A DNA stretch of 64,000 nucleotides, taken from Heptranchias perlo (lineage: Eukaryota). The DNA lies in contig NC_090336.1 in the NCBI RefSeq assembly GCF_035084215.1, positions 29,264,001-29,328,000 of the forward strand, read 5' to 3'. The position numbers and the translations under genes were made by a program. Positions 24,259 to 37,696 of the stretch are shown here, piece by piece; position 1 is the first letter of the stretch; every line of letters begins with the position of its first letter. The notes below the pieces were generated by a model. It saw only the letters and a list, made by a program, of their open reading frames with translations. It did not search any database and was not told where the DNA came from.

Positions 24259-26854
24259 GGTAGACAGTGCTGGCATGACCTGGGGTAGAGAGTGCTGGCA
24301 TGACCTGGGGTAGAGAGTGCTGGCATGAACTGGGGTAGACAGTGCTGGCATGAACTGGGGTAGACAGTGCTGGCATGAACTGGGGTAGACAGTGCTGGCA
24401 TAAACTGGGGTAGACAGTGCTGGCATAAACTGGGGTAGACAGTGCTGGCATGAACTGGGGTAAACAGTGCTGGCATGAACTGGGGTAGACAGTGCTGGCA
24501 TGAACTGGGGTAGACAGTGCTGGCATGAACTGGAGTAGACAGTGCTGGCATGAACTGGAGTAGACAGTGCTGGCACGAATTGGAGTGGACAGTGCTGGCA
24601 AGAATTGGAGTAGACAGTGCTGGCATGAACTGGGGTAGAGAGTGCTGGCAGGAACTGGGGTAGACAGTGCTGGCATGAACTGGAGTAGACAGTGCTGGCA
24701 CGAATTGGAGTAGACAGTGCTGGCAAGAATTGGAGTAGACAGTGCTGGCAGGAACTGGGGTAGACAGTGCTGGCATGAACTGGGGTAGACAGTGCTGGCA
24801 GGAACTGGGGTAGAGAGTGCTGGCATGAACTGGGGTAGACAGTGCTGGCAGGAACTGGGGTAGAGAGTGCTGGCATGAACTGGGGTAGACAGTGCTGGCA
24901 TGAACTGGGGTAGACAGTACTGGCATGAACTGGGGTAGACAGTACTGGTATGAACTGGGGTAGACAGTGCTGGCATGAACTGGGGTAGACAGTGCTGGCA
25001 TGAACTGGGGTAGACAGTACTAGCATGAACTGGGGTAGACAGTGCTGGCATGAACTGAGGTAGACAGTGCTGACATGAACTGGGGTAGACAGTGCTGGCA
25101 TGAACTGGGATAGACAGTACTAGCATGAACTGAGGTAGACAGTGCTGGCATGAACTGGGGTAGAGAGTGCTGGCATGAACTGGAGTAGACAGTGCTGGCA
25201 CGAATTGGGGTAGACAGTGCTGGCATGAACTGGAGTAGACAGTGCTGGCATGAACTGGAGTAGACAGTGCTGGCATGAACTGGGGTAGAGAGTGCTGGCA
25301 TGAACTGGAGTAGACAGTGCTGGCATGAACTGGAGTAGACAGTGCTGGCATGAACTGGAGTAGACAGTGCTGGCATGAACTGGGGTAGACAGTACTGGCA
25401 TGAACTGGGGTAGACAGTACTGGTATGAACTGGGGTAGACAGTGCTGGCATGAACTGAGGTAGACAGTGCTGACATGAACTGGGGTAGACAGTGCTGGCA
25501 TGAACTGGGATAGACAGTGCTGGCATGAACTGGAGTAGACAGTGCTGACATGAACTGGAGTAGACAGTGCTGGCATGAACTGGGATAGACAGTACTAGCA
25601 TGAACTGGGGTAGACAGTGCTGACATGAACTGGAGTAGACAGTGCTGGCATGAACTGGGATAGACAGTACTAGCATGAACTGAGGTAGACAGTGCTGGCA
25701 TGAACTGGGGTAGAGAGTGCTGGCATGAACTGGAGTAGACAGTGCTGGCATGAACTAGGGTAGACAGTACTAGCATGAACTGAGGTAGACAGTGCTGGCA
25801 TGAACTGGAGTAGACAGTGCTGGCATGAACTGGGGTAGACAGTACTAGCATGAACTGAGGTAGACAGTGCTGGCATGAACTGGGGTAGAGAGTGCTGGCA
25901 TGAACTGGAGTAGACAGTGCTGGCATGAACTGGGGTAGACAGTGCTGGCATGAACTGGAGTAGACAGTGCTGGCATGAACTGGAGTAGACAGTGCTGGCA
26001 TGAACTGGGGTAGAGAGTGCTGGCATGAACTGGAGTAGACAGTGCTGGCATGAACTGGAGTAGACAGTGCTGGCATGAACTGGGGTAGACAGTGCTGGCA
26101 TGAACTGGGGTAGACAGTGCTGGCATGAACTGGGGTAGAGAGTGCTGGCATGAACTGGAGTAGACAGTGCTGGCATGAACTGGGGTAGACAGTGCTGGCA
26201 TGAACTGGGGTAGACAGTGCTGGCATGAACTGGGGTAGACAGTGCTGGCATGAACTGGAGTAGACAGTGCTGGCATGAACTGGAGTAGACAGTGCTGGCA
26301 TGAACCGGGGTTGACAGTGCTGGCATGAACTGGAGTAGACAGTGCTGGCATGAACTGGGGTAGACAGTGCTGGCATGAACTGGAGTAGACAGTGCTGGCA
26401 TGAACTGGAGTAGACAGTGCTGGCATGAACTGGGGTAGAGAGTGCTGGCATGAACTGGAGTAGACAGTGCTGGCATGAACTGGAGTAGACAGTGCTGGCA
26501 TGAACTGGGGTAGACAGTGCTGGCATGAACTGGGGTAGACAGTGCTGGCATGAACTGGGGTAGAGAGTGCTGGCATGAACTGGAGTAGACAGTGCTGGCA
26601 TGAACTGGAGTAGACAGTGCTGGCATGAACTGGGGTAGACAGTGCTGGCATGAACTGGGGTAGACAGTGCTGGCATGAACTGGAGTAGACAGTGCTGGCA
26701 TGAACTGGAGTAGACAGTGCTGGCATGAACCGGGGTTGACAGTGCTGGCATGAACTGGAGTAGACAGTGCTGGCATGAACCGGGGTTGACAGTGCTGGCA
26801 TGAACTGGAGTAGACAGTGCTGGCATGAACCGGGGTTGACAGTGTTGCATGAAC
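24259..26854. repeat. 25-bp minisatellite (AGTGCTGGCATGAACTGGRGTAGAC)n, ~104 copies, intronic
   Basis: Direct inspection; it produces the 25-aa periodic minus-strand ORFs. Confidence 0.97.
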
Positions 26855-27563
26855 AGAAGGGCGGGGGAGAAGAACTTAGAGGAGATGAAGAAAAATGACA
26901 GCACAAACCAAGGGGAAGGGAAAAAGGTTTCTCTGACCTGGGAATGGGGAGGAGGCAGCCACTACGTCACTTCGTGACAGACATACAAATAATTTTAAAA
27001 CACTTTAATAATCAGATTCAGCAAGAGGCAGTGCCAATACGTGTCACATCAACTTGTAATTTCAAAGCAAGAAGTGAAGGAAGATCCCCAAAATTTTTGG
27101 CACAATCCTCTTTTATTTTTTGAAGCTCTTTATCAGATTTTGATCGTTTTCTCGATTAGCATGTATGGCACAGATACACAAAATGAATAGATCAAAATCC
27201 AGATATTATTACAAAAACAAAGATTAAGGTTATAATTCACACACAAATAGTGTATAGGGATACACAAAATAAGAACCATTACATCCAGTTCCATTCTTAT
27301 AATAGCCAGTGGTGAGATTCAACCTCACTGAGATGGAAACTTCCAGGTTGCCTCTTTTCATCTCACATTGACTATGTTTGGAAGCACCAAAATTTGAGTC
27401 AATTTAGACCATATTAAATTTGGATACACTTGTCTCTTTGGATTTGGAGAATGGAAACTTTCCCCTTGAAATCTAAAGCCTAAGTTTACCTGAATGACGT
27501 ACTACTTGGGATCAAGATGGAAAAATGAAAAATATTGTGTGATACAAATGGCGAATGGCTTAC

Positions 27564-27668
27564 CTGATTCAGTTTCGGTTAATTTTTGCACAGCACTTGT
27601 CTCTGCCTTAGGGTCCGGTGATTTACTCTTCATTAATGATTGCGATTCTTCATCACCTGGATTGAGGC
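27564..27668 (-). CDS. B7-H6-like gene, cytoplasmic exon (GLNPGDEESQSLMKSKSPDPKAETSAVQKLTETES), 105 bp, phase 1/1
   Basis: Acceptor tttgtattctatctag| and donor G|GTAAGC; in frame with the TM exon; hydrophilic. Confidence 0.7.
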
Positions 27669-28752
27669 CTAGATAGAATACAAATGTCAAGAGTACAAGA
27701 AATTAAACATTTCAAAATGTAATGAAGAATTAAGTGTTAAATGTAATACCTGACATCATCTGTACATTATTAATATTGGTCTGTCCTGGCATATTTCTAT
27801 TCAAAAGATATATGTCAACAGTGCTTATGAGGTTCACAATGATAATTGTGTCCACATCTGTAGGTGTAGTAATGTTTTTAATAAAATTTTCCCATTGTTA
27901 TGACAGCCTGTGACGCTAGAAAGCTAAAACATGCTTTCAGTCTACGGATAGTAGCAGGCTTTGGCCACTGGTTGGGGTCAATTTTGAATGCCTTGTCCTG
28001 GCATTAACTGGGACGGCAATGGCATAAAAATATGATCGGTAGCCTTGCCGCCCTGTTAACACTTATGGTGTGGCCAAAGTGCTCGCCTCATTCAGGTGGT
28101 AGGTCCCTTTTAATATGAAAATTTGGGTCCACTGGTGTGAAATTGCCATTTTGGGTAGGAGACGATCAGATCCAAGGGCAATGGAAGAGATGAGGCTTAA
28201 AGGTTAGTGTTCAACTATTTTTGTTCTCCTCCGTGGCCCACAAAAATAATCTGGGCCGCTGTCGCCACGGGATCCCTACCCTCCACGATTACGAACCCCA
28301 CCCACCACCCCCCACAACTTACCTTGCTGGTGGCCGCTCCGGCCCGATTTTCAGGCTTCAATCTGGCGAGCTACATCAGGATGCCTCTTGGGCGACCTGC
28401 AGCTAGTCCGACAAATTTAAATGAAGCCGGAGCTTCAAAATCACAGGGGCTTCTTCATCACCGGAATGGGCAATCGACCAGCGCACTCTGCTGGTCGGCT
28501 GCCAAACTTCAAAAATCTACCCCGGTGACACGTGACATTTTACTTTCATCTACTCAGCTCTAAATCAGTGCCATTTTGGACCTGTGCGAGGTAAGAAACC
28601 AGTTCATTAATGTTTATTTTTTAAACTATACTTATACATATAAACTTTTTATTTTTCACTTCAGATATTAAATAATGCTTAAAATGTGCCTTCAGTAGTT
28701 CTTTTGCCTCAGGTGTCTCCCGTCCTTTCTTCCCCGACTCTGGCCTGTTTTC

Positions 28753-31700
28753 TTTTATTTGTTCATGGGATGTGGGCGTCGCTGGCAAGGCCAGCATTTA
28801 TGGCCCATCCCTAATTGCCGTTGAGAAGGTGGTGGTGAGCCGCCTTCTTGAACTGCTGCAGTCCATGTGGTGAAGGTTCTCCCACAGTGCTGTTGGGAAG
28901 GGAGTTCCAGGATTTTGACCCAGTGACAATGAAGGAACGATGATATATTTCCAAGTCGGGATGGTGTGTGACTTGGAGGGGAACGTGCAGGTGGTGTTGT
29001 TCCCATGTGCCTGCAGCTCTTGTCCTTCTAAGTGGTAGGGGTCGCAGGTTTGGGAGGTGCTGTCGAAGAAGCCTTGGCGAGTTGCTGCAGTGCATCCTGT
29101 GGATGGTACACACTGCAGCCACAGTGTGCCGGTGGTGAAGGGAGTGAATGTTTAGGGTGGTGGATGGGGTGCCAATCAAGCGGGCTGCTTTGTCCTGGAT
29201 GGTGTCGAGCTTCTTGAGTGTTGTTGGAGCTTCACTCATCCAGGCAAGTGGAGAGTATTCCATCACACTCCCGACTTGTGCCTTGTAGATGGTGGAAAGG
29301 CTTTGGGGAGTCAGGAGGTGAGTCACTCGCCACAGAATACCCAGCCTCTGACCTGCTCTCATAGCCACAGTATTTATATGGCTGGTCCAGTTAAGTTTGT
29401 GGTCAATGGTGACCCCCAGGATGTTGATGGTGGGGGATTCGGCGATGGTAATGCCGTTGAATGTCAAGAGGAGGTGGTTAGACTCTCTCTTGTTGGAGAT
29501 GGTCATTGCCTGGCACTTGTCTGGCTCGAATGTTACTTGCCACTTATGAGCACAAGCCTGGATTTTATCCAGGTCTTGCTGCATGCAGGCTCGGACTGCT
29601 TCATTATTTGAGGGGTTGCGAATGGAACCGAACACTGTGCAATCATCAGCGAACATCCCCATTTCTGACCTTATGATGGAGGGAAGGTCATTGATGAAGC
29701 AGCTGAAGATAGTTGGGCCTAGGACACTGCCCTGAGGAACTCCTGCAGCAATGTCCTGGGGCTGAGATGATTGGCCTCCAACAACCACTACTATCTTCCT
29801 TTGTGCTAGGTATGACTCCAGCCACTGGAGAGTTTTCCCCCTGATTCCCATTGACTTCAATTTTACGAGGGCTCCTTGGTGCCACACTAGGTCAAATGCT
29901 GCCTTGACATCAAGGGCAATCACTCTCACCTCACCTCTGGAATTCAGCTCTTTTGTCCACGTTTGGACCAAGGCTATAATGAGGTCTGGAGCCGAGTGGT
30001 CCTGGCGGAACCCAAACTGAGCATCGGTGAGCAGGTTATTGGTGAGTAAGTGCCGCTTGATAGCACTGTCGACGACACCTTCCATCACTTTGCTGATGAT
30101 TGAGAGTAGACTGATGGGGCGGTAATTGGCCGGATTGGATTTGTCCTGCTTTTTGTGGACAGGACATACTTGGGCAATTTTCCCCATTGTCAGGTAGATG
30201 CCAGTGTTGTAGCTGTACTGGGACAGCTTGTCTAGAGGTGCAGCTAGTTCTGGAGCACAAGTCTTCAGCACTACAGCCGGGATGTTGTCGGGGCCCATAG
30301 CCTTTGCTGTATCCATGTGGAGTGAATCGAATTGGCTGAAGACTGGCTTCTTTGATGGTGGGGATATCGGGAGGAGGCCAAGATGGATCATCCACTCGGC
30401 ACTTCTGGCTGAAGATGGTTGCAAACGCTTCAGCCTTGTCTTTTGCACTCACGTGCTGGACTCCACCATCTTTGAGGATGGGGATGTTTACAGAGCCTCC
30501 TCCTCTCATTAGTTGTTTAATTGTCCACCACCATTCACGACTAGACGTGGCAGGACTGCAGAGCTTTGATCCGATCCGTTGGTTGTTGAATTGCTTAGCT
30601 CTGTCTATAGTATGTTGCTTCCGCTGTTGACCATGCATGTAGTCCTGAGTTGTAGCTTCACCAGGTTGGCACCTCATTTTTAGGTACGCCTGTTGCTGCC
30701 CCTGGCATGCTCTTCTGCACTCCTCATTGAACCAAGGTTGATCCCCTGGCTTGTTGGTAATGGTAGAGTGAGGAATATGCCGGGCCATGAGGTTACAGAT
30801 TGTGCTGGAATACAATTCTGCTGCTGCTGATGGCCCACAGCACCTCATGGATACCCAGTTTTGAGCTGCTCGATCTGTTCTGAATCTATCCCATTTAGCA
30901 CGGTGGTAGTGCCACACAACACATTGGATGGTGTCCTCAGTGCGAAAACGGGACTTCGTCTCCACGAGGACTGTGCGGTGGTCACTCCTACCAATACTGT
31001 CATGGACAGATGCATTCGCGACAGGTAGATTGGTGAGGACGAGGTCAAGTAAGTTTTTCCCTCGTGTTGGTTCACTCACCACCTGCCGCAGGCATGTCCT
31101 TCAGGACTCGGCCAGTAGTGGTGCTACCGAGCCACTCTTAGGTGATGGATGTTGAAGTCCCCCACCCAGAGTACATTCTGTGCCCTTGCTACCCTCAGTG
31201 CTTCCTCCAAGTGGTGCTCAATATGGAGGAGGACTGATTCATCAGCTGAGGGAGGGCAGTAGGTGGTAATCAGCAGGAGGTTTCCTTGCCCATGCTTGAC
31301 CTGATGCCATGAGATTTCATGGGGTCCAGAGTCAATGTTGACGACTCCCACGGCCACTCCCTCCTGACTGTATATCACTGTACCGCCACCTCTGGTCAGT
31401 CTGTCCTGCCGGTGGGACAGGACATACCCAGGGATGGTGATGGAAGAGTCTGGGATGTTGGCTGAAAGGTATGTTTCTGTGAGTATGGTTATGTCTAGTC
31501 TGTGGGACAGCTCTCCCAATTTTGGCACAAGTCCCCAGATGTTAGTGAGGAGGACTTTGCAGGGCCGTCTGGGCTTGGTTTGCCGTTGTCGTGTCCGATG
31601 CCAGGTGGTCCGCCCGGTTTTATTCTTATTATGACCTTTTTTTAAGCGAGTTTTTACAACTGAGTGGCTTGCTCGACCATTTCAGAGGGCAATTAAGAAT

Positions 31701-31970
31701 CGGCCACATTGTTGTGGGTTTGGAGTCACATATAGGCCAGACCGGGTAAGGACGGCAGTTTTCCTTCCCTCAAGGGCATTAGTGAACCAGATGGGTTTTT
31801 ACGACAATCCGGTAGTTTCATGGCCACCCTTACTGATACTTTAATTCCAGAATTTATTTAATTAATTGAATTTAAATTCCCCAGCTGCCATGGCAGGATT
31901 TGAACTCATGACTTTGGATTATTAGTTCAGGCCTCTGGATTACTAATCCAGTAACATAACCACTATGCAA
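28753..31970 (-). mobile_element. Non-LTR retrotransposon (CR1/L2-group EN-RT, frameshifted) with a tRNA-like 5' head
   Basis: APE motifs (ILTET, WVGDFN, LDLVLTN, SDH) and RT motifs (YRPISLL, GVPQGSVLGP, FADD); 3' tail ...gcaattagggatggg...cccacatccc; A/B-box-like sequence at ~31880-31970. Confidence 0.88.
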
Positions 31971-33267
31971 TGTGTCCCGTCTTTCTCCTCATCAAACTTA
32001 TCAATTTCCATCCCTCACCACCTGTCTTCTCTTGAGATCAAATCACTAGACCCATCGCCGTCCCATAGCTGCCATCCCCGTATCCACCCATCAGCCTCTC
32101 TGTGCCCCGTTTTCCCACCCAGGTGACTGTTCCTGCTGAAGCCCAGGCTCCTGATATCTGGCTCACTCGCCACTCTAACTTTGCTCCTGAGTCGAAGTAA
32201 TGCTTTCCTTTCGCTTCATTCGCAGCTCTGACCCAGGTCTTCGGCCTCCTGGTTTGGTCTATGATGATGTTGTGCGCTTCCTGCTCAGTGCTTGACCCTA
32301 AGCCCCCCCCCCCCCCTCTCTCTCTGCTCAGTGCTTGACCCTAAGCCCCCCCCCCGTCTCTCTGCTCAGTCCTCAGACTTGGGCACTCCCACTTCAGGTT
32401 TCTTGCTTTTATTTTAGACAACACCCAATAGTCCAGTGCAGCAGTTTCGAACACCATCCTTCAGTACAGTTGTCGTTCCAGAATTGGCAAATACTATAAT
32501 TGCCAGTCCAACTGGTAATTTTCAAATGGAATACTTTGTATATGGGTTTTCGGAGCATGTTTTAGAGATTTATCACTTCTATCTTCATTATATTTAAGTA
32601 CTTTGAATCCAAATTTTACTAATTCTAAAAACTTATTAAAAATGTTTTCTTTTTTCCAACATCCACCTTCAGCATTCTCCTCGGTTCCGTGACCTCTCCT
32701 TATTCCCTCCTCCTCCTACCCTCCCTCCACTATTCTCTCCCCCAAATCCCCACTCCTCCTCCTCCTGCTGCTTATCCTGTTCTAAGCCTGCTTCAGCTGA
32801 AGACTAAGGCTTGTTTTAAATTCCTGTGTGCAATGCCACGGGAGATTGATTGGTGCTACAGGAGATTGATTGGTAATGACCCAATTAGTCACAGATAGCA
32901 TGTGAAGTGATTTTCCATTATTCCAATATTGCTCTGTCTCAATTTGTATCTGAGGACTACCGTGTACCATGAATCAATTGGATGACTGTGTATTCAATAA
33001 TAGTGAAACAATTCTTTTAAATATATTAAATACTTCTACTTTCTAACTATACAGTTGGGGCTTTAATTTTATTTCACAGTAAACTGATTTTTATGATCTC
33101 TTCAGAAGAATAAAATATGTTATTTTTGGTACACACAAAGAACAAAACTGCTTGACATTTTTCACTATATTGTTGCAACAATTCAGTAATATACAGAGTT
33201 CTGCTATAGTCAACTTACCTCTGAATAGTATTTTTTGTTAATTATTCATTTTTGTTGTATTAAATAG

Positions 33268-33682
33268 AAAGATTTGCATTTATATAGCGCTGTTCATGAC
33301 CTCAGCACGTCCCAAGGTGCTTTAAACCAATTAAGTACTTTTGAAGTGTAGTCACTGTTGTAATGTAGGAAATGTGGCAGCCAATTTGTGCACAGCAAGT
33401 TCCCCACAAGCAGCAAGGTGATAATGACCAGATAATCTATTTTTTTTAGTGATGCTGGTTGAGGAATAAAGATTGGTCAGTACACCAGGGAGAATCCCCC
33501 TGCTTGTCCTTTATGTCCACCTGAAACGTCTCATCCAAAAGACGGCACTTCCAACAGTGCAGCACTCCCTCAGTACTGCACTGGAGTGCCAGCCTAGATT
33601 TTGTGCTCAAGTCTCTGGACTGGGACTATGAACCTACAACCTTCTGACTCAGAAGAGGGTGCTACTGATTGAACCACAGCTG
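33268..33682 (-). mobile_element. tRNA-derived DeuSINE-like (SacSINE1-like) element; partial copy at ~23085-23195
   Basis: B-box-like GGTTCATAGTCCC head, conserved core, and a tail ending GCGCTATATAAATGCAA. Family assignment is from memory. Confidence 0.65.
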
Positions 33683-33995
33683 GTTTATATGCATTTCATT
33701 CATACAATGTTGAAGGATTTGAAATGTCATTGTTGAAACAAAACAAGCTGTGATGAAAAGAAAAATGTCCGTAAGTATGGCTCCTTCAAATATGACTGGA
33801 GGATTGAGTTAGTGAAAGGATTAATGCAACTGCAGAGACTGCTCTCAAATCAGTTTGGCCAATAACCACCATGATTGGGCAACAATGATCAGAATCATTG
33901 AATAGGGAAGCCAGTTAGACAAAAGGAGCTGCAGCAGTGCCAAGATGATTCTTTCAATACTATATACCACTTTATCACAGTTATATATTAATCAA

Positions 33996-34612
33996 TTCAT
34001 GGACAGCAGGTCAGAGGCTGGGTATTCTGCAGTGAATGGCTCACCTCCTGAATCCCCAAAGCCTTTCCACCACTTACAAGGCACAAGTCAGTAGTGTGAT
34101 GGAATACTCTCCACTTGTCTGATGGTGCGGCCATAACAACACTCAAGAAGCTCAACACCATCCAGGATAAAGCAGATGCGAGATCAGCAGCCTATCCACC
34201 AGCTTAAACATTTATTCCCCCCACCACCAGCGCACCATGGCTGCAGAATGTTCTATCTACAGGATACACCACAGCAACTTACCAAGGCTTCTTTGACAGC
34301 ACCTCCCAAACCTACGACCTCCACCATTTAGAAGGACAAGGGCAGCAGGTGTATGGGAACACCATCACCTCCCTGTTCCCTTCCTAAGTCACAAACCATC
34401 CTGACTTGGAGATATATCGCCGTTCCTTTATCGCCACTAGGTAAAAATTCTGGAACTCCCTACCCAACAGCAAAGTGGAAGTAGCTTCACCACATGGATT
34501 GCAGCAGTTCAAGAAGAAGGCCCACCACCACCTTGCTCAAAGGCAATTAGGGATGGGCAATAAATGCTGGTCATGCTAGTGACGCCCATATCCCAAGAAT
34601 GAATTTCTAAAA
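33996..34612 (+). mobile_element. 3' fragment of the same LINE family as 28753-31970
   Basis: Colinear with the reverse complement of ~28755-29370, including the tail. Confidence 0.85.
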
Positions 34613-34672
34613 AGAAAGGAGAAATTAATAACAGATAAGTTTATTTTTTTATAAGATTATGAAGTACCTTAC

Positions 34673-34783
34673 CTTTTGAACTTTTTCTCCAAATGTAAAT
34701 TCCAAAGCCAAGTGCTGCGCATATTAACACAGCACCGACTATAGCTGCAACAACATTTGAACGGCCCCTGGATCCTGTAAATT
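34673..34783 (-). CDS. NCR3LG1: B7-H6-like gene, transmembrane exon (EFTGSRGRSNVVAAIVGAVLICAALGFGIYIWRKSSK)
   Basis: Acceptor ttttctactcttag| and donor G|GTAAG; 111 bp, phase 1/1; ~22-aa hydrophobic helix followed by the RK stop-transfer. Confidence 0.85.
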
Positions 34784-34929
34784 CTAAGAGTAGAAAAACA
34801 AATAGCTATTTGAAAATCCATAACAATGAATTGGCTCAAAGTGTAAGGAGAACTGGTAATGATCCATGATATTTAACAGTGCTCATACAGATTTAATGTT
34901 AACACTCAGTTCCTCAGAACAAGAGCTTA

Positions 34930-36120
34930 GAAAACAAGCGATTGGGCTCAAAACTGAGGATGAGAACAAAAAATTAAATGCTGTAAATGATTACTTCATC
35001 CAAGTATTCACAAAGGAAGACATGAGCAATGTGCCCTCACCAAACAAAGATATTCCAAGTAAAATTAATTACTTTGGCATAAATAAGATGGAAGTCTTAG
35101 AAATGTTAAAAGTGCTTAAAATGAATAAGTCAAAAGGGAAAGATGATATTTATCCCAGAGGGCTGAGTGAGACGAGGGAGGAGATTTGTGAGGCACTAAC
35201 AATCACTATGAGGGAGTCCATGGACACTGGGGAGCTAATAAAAGTCTGAAATAGGCTAATGAGGTGCCCATAACCAAAAAGGGTGACAAAATAGACTCAG
35301 GCAACTACGGGCCCCATTAGTCTTACTTCAAATAATAAAGTGTAAAATAATGGAATTGTTATCAGGAGTAAACTTGAGGATTATCTGTGCAATAATAACC
35401 TATGAAGCAGTCGTTAACATGCTACATACAGGAAGAAAAAATTGACAACACGCATACTCCATGAGTGATGTTGAAATAATTAAGAACGAAGCTGAAAGAG
35501 ATCTAGGCGTCTTGGCCGACTCAATGCTAAACATGTCCAGCCAAGGTAGAGCAGCCATCAACAAAGCCAACAGAATATTGAACTACGCAGCCAAAACAGT
35601 AGAATATAAATCAGAGGAAGTAGTGATCAAACTTCATTGTGCTCTGGTCAGTCCTTACCTGAACTTTCCTGGTCACCAGAAAACAAGAGAGACATTCATG
35701 TGCTGGAGCCAGTACAGAGAAGAGCCATTAGGTTGATCACTAGTACCAACAGTCTGAGTTGTGAGGAAAGGTTGGAAGGACAGACTTTTCAGAATACAAA
35801 GGAGGCATTTAAATAACGCTCTTCCAGAAGGACATAAACTTGTTGCGAGAATGGAAAAAGTAAACCGAGAATATTATTTGAAATTAAATTGTGGAAATAG
35901 AACAAGAGACACAGGTTCAAACTAGTAAAATGTAATTTTAGAAATGATATCAGGAAGTTCTTTACACAAAGAGTGAACAAGATGTGCAGTAGATTTGCAG
36001 ATAGACTAGTGGAGATAAAATCCCTGAGATCATTTAAGAAACTATTGGATCTATAGTGGGGTGACATTAGGATCTCTCTGGGTAGATGAATTAAGATAGA
36101 TTGAATGGTCTGCCCATTGT
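34930..36120 (+). mobile_element. Old degenerate CR1 LINE fragment
   Basis: ORFs 34866-35249 and 35461-35736 resemble CR1 ORF2 (ERDLGVL, AINKANRIL). Confidence 0.75.
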
Positions 36121-37375
36121 GACCTGAAAAATGCATTGGGGTCTTCCAACTTCCGCGGTTTAAATATTTGAGTAGGCTCCGCCTGTTTTGGGTTTGGAAC
36201 GCGAGCTGCTCATTTCCGCCAGAAAAGGCCCACCAAAAAATTGCGTCGGGTGATGCCTCAAAAGGCCAATTTTCAATTGCCGGCCAGCCTATTTTCCAGT
36301 GTAAACAGGGTAAGTGGCATTTGGCAATCATCCCCACAGCTTTCAAGATTATGCCGAGCCCTTGTAGTTTTTTTTTACAATTTGTTTGCTGAGTCTAACA
36401 GTAATGATACGATCATCAATGTAACCTACGGGAACAGGAAGGCTGGATATTAAATTGCCGAATTAGCATTAGATCCCATAAGTCAAAACCTAGACCCCAG
36501 TGAGAATGCAGCGATACTTTCGCACAGATGGAAATTCTTGCCGTGACCCAACTTGAAGTGGCCTTGGCCAAGCCTCTCCACGTTCACCAAGGACAAAGCC
36601 GGGACTGGGGAAAATAGCAAAGTAACTGAACATAAACTTGAGAATGGAGAGAACAGTACATGTACTGCTCTTCTCCCATCCCTCCCTCCACCATCCTCCA
36701 CCCACAGATCAGAAAGTCATGACATGACAGTATGAAAAAATAAGCAGGAAGCTATGCCCAGGATTAATCTTAGACTTGTCCCACCCGGCCAAGCAGAAAG
36801 ACGGGACAAGGGGGAGGCTCACCACCACCTTCTCAAGGGCAATTAGGGATGGGCAATAAATGCTGGCCTCGCCAGCAACGCCCACATCCCATGAACGAGT
36901 AAAAAAATAAATAAAACGCCCAACAAAGTTAAACTTAGCATGAATTGGGCAATGTATGATTGTTTTTAACATGCTATGAAGAGGGATACAAACCTTCACT
37001 CAAGTTAGGAACTTTAGCTACCTTCAAGGCGATGTACCGTGAGCAGTCTGGATAGACAATCACTCACGATTCTTGGGAAGTTCTTTACGCGCAAGTACTG
37101 CTTTGTATGCTGTCTTAAGATGAATGTTTTGAAACAATAATAAATGAAGTTAATTGCCAGACATATTACTGTCTATAGCTTTTCAAATCTGTTATTAAAA
37201 GAATAAGGATTATTCCAACACCACCTACTTTCTCTTTCCCATTCTCCACTCTTCCATTCCCTGTCACGCATCCATCTTCCCATTCTCCTCCCCTTCCCTC
37301 AACTCACTCACCCCTCCTCCCCTCCTCTCTTCCATCCTCCCCTCACATTTATGTTCCTCTCATGATAGAACTTAC

Positions 37376-37696
37376 CTCGTACAGTGAGTAAAGATTCCAT
37401 TGTGAAATCATCAGGAAATGTTGGGTGCCTCACTACACATCTGTACTTGTCACCATCATCATTCATTGTTGGTTGAATCCTCAGTTGACTGTAAACACTA
37501 AATGTTTTATCACTATTTATGACAAAAGCATTTGTATATTTATCTAACGAAACATTTTCTGTTCTCCATCCTGATATCTTGACCCAGTGGATGTCTAGCT
37601 GCCGAGGATAAAATCCAGTAACATCACATCCCACAGAGTCCTCAGACCCACTCTGGATTGTAATGGATTGTGCGGATAAGCTGATCTTTGGTTGAG
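37376..37696 (-). CDS. NCR3LG1: B7-H6-like gene, IgC1 exon
   Basis: CDVTGFYP, W, NSDKTFSVYSQL and YRCVVRH C1-set motifs; 321 bp, ttttctacacag| ... G|GTAAG, phase 1/1. Confidence 0.88.

Noticed and set aside
24259-26854. CRISPR-like array
   Set aside because: Contiguous tandem units with no unique spacers, in eukaryotic context.
24050-26906. Long minus-strand ORFs (243-594 aa) as a real protein
   Set aside because: They arise from a 25-bp repeat open in all three frames, with no domain and no clear exon boundaries.
33210-33270. Strong donor-like GAG|GTAAGT between the TM and tail exons
   Set aside because: No convincing acceptor or open exon upstream.
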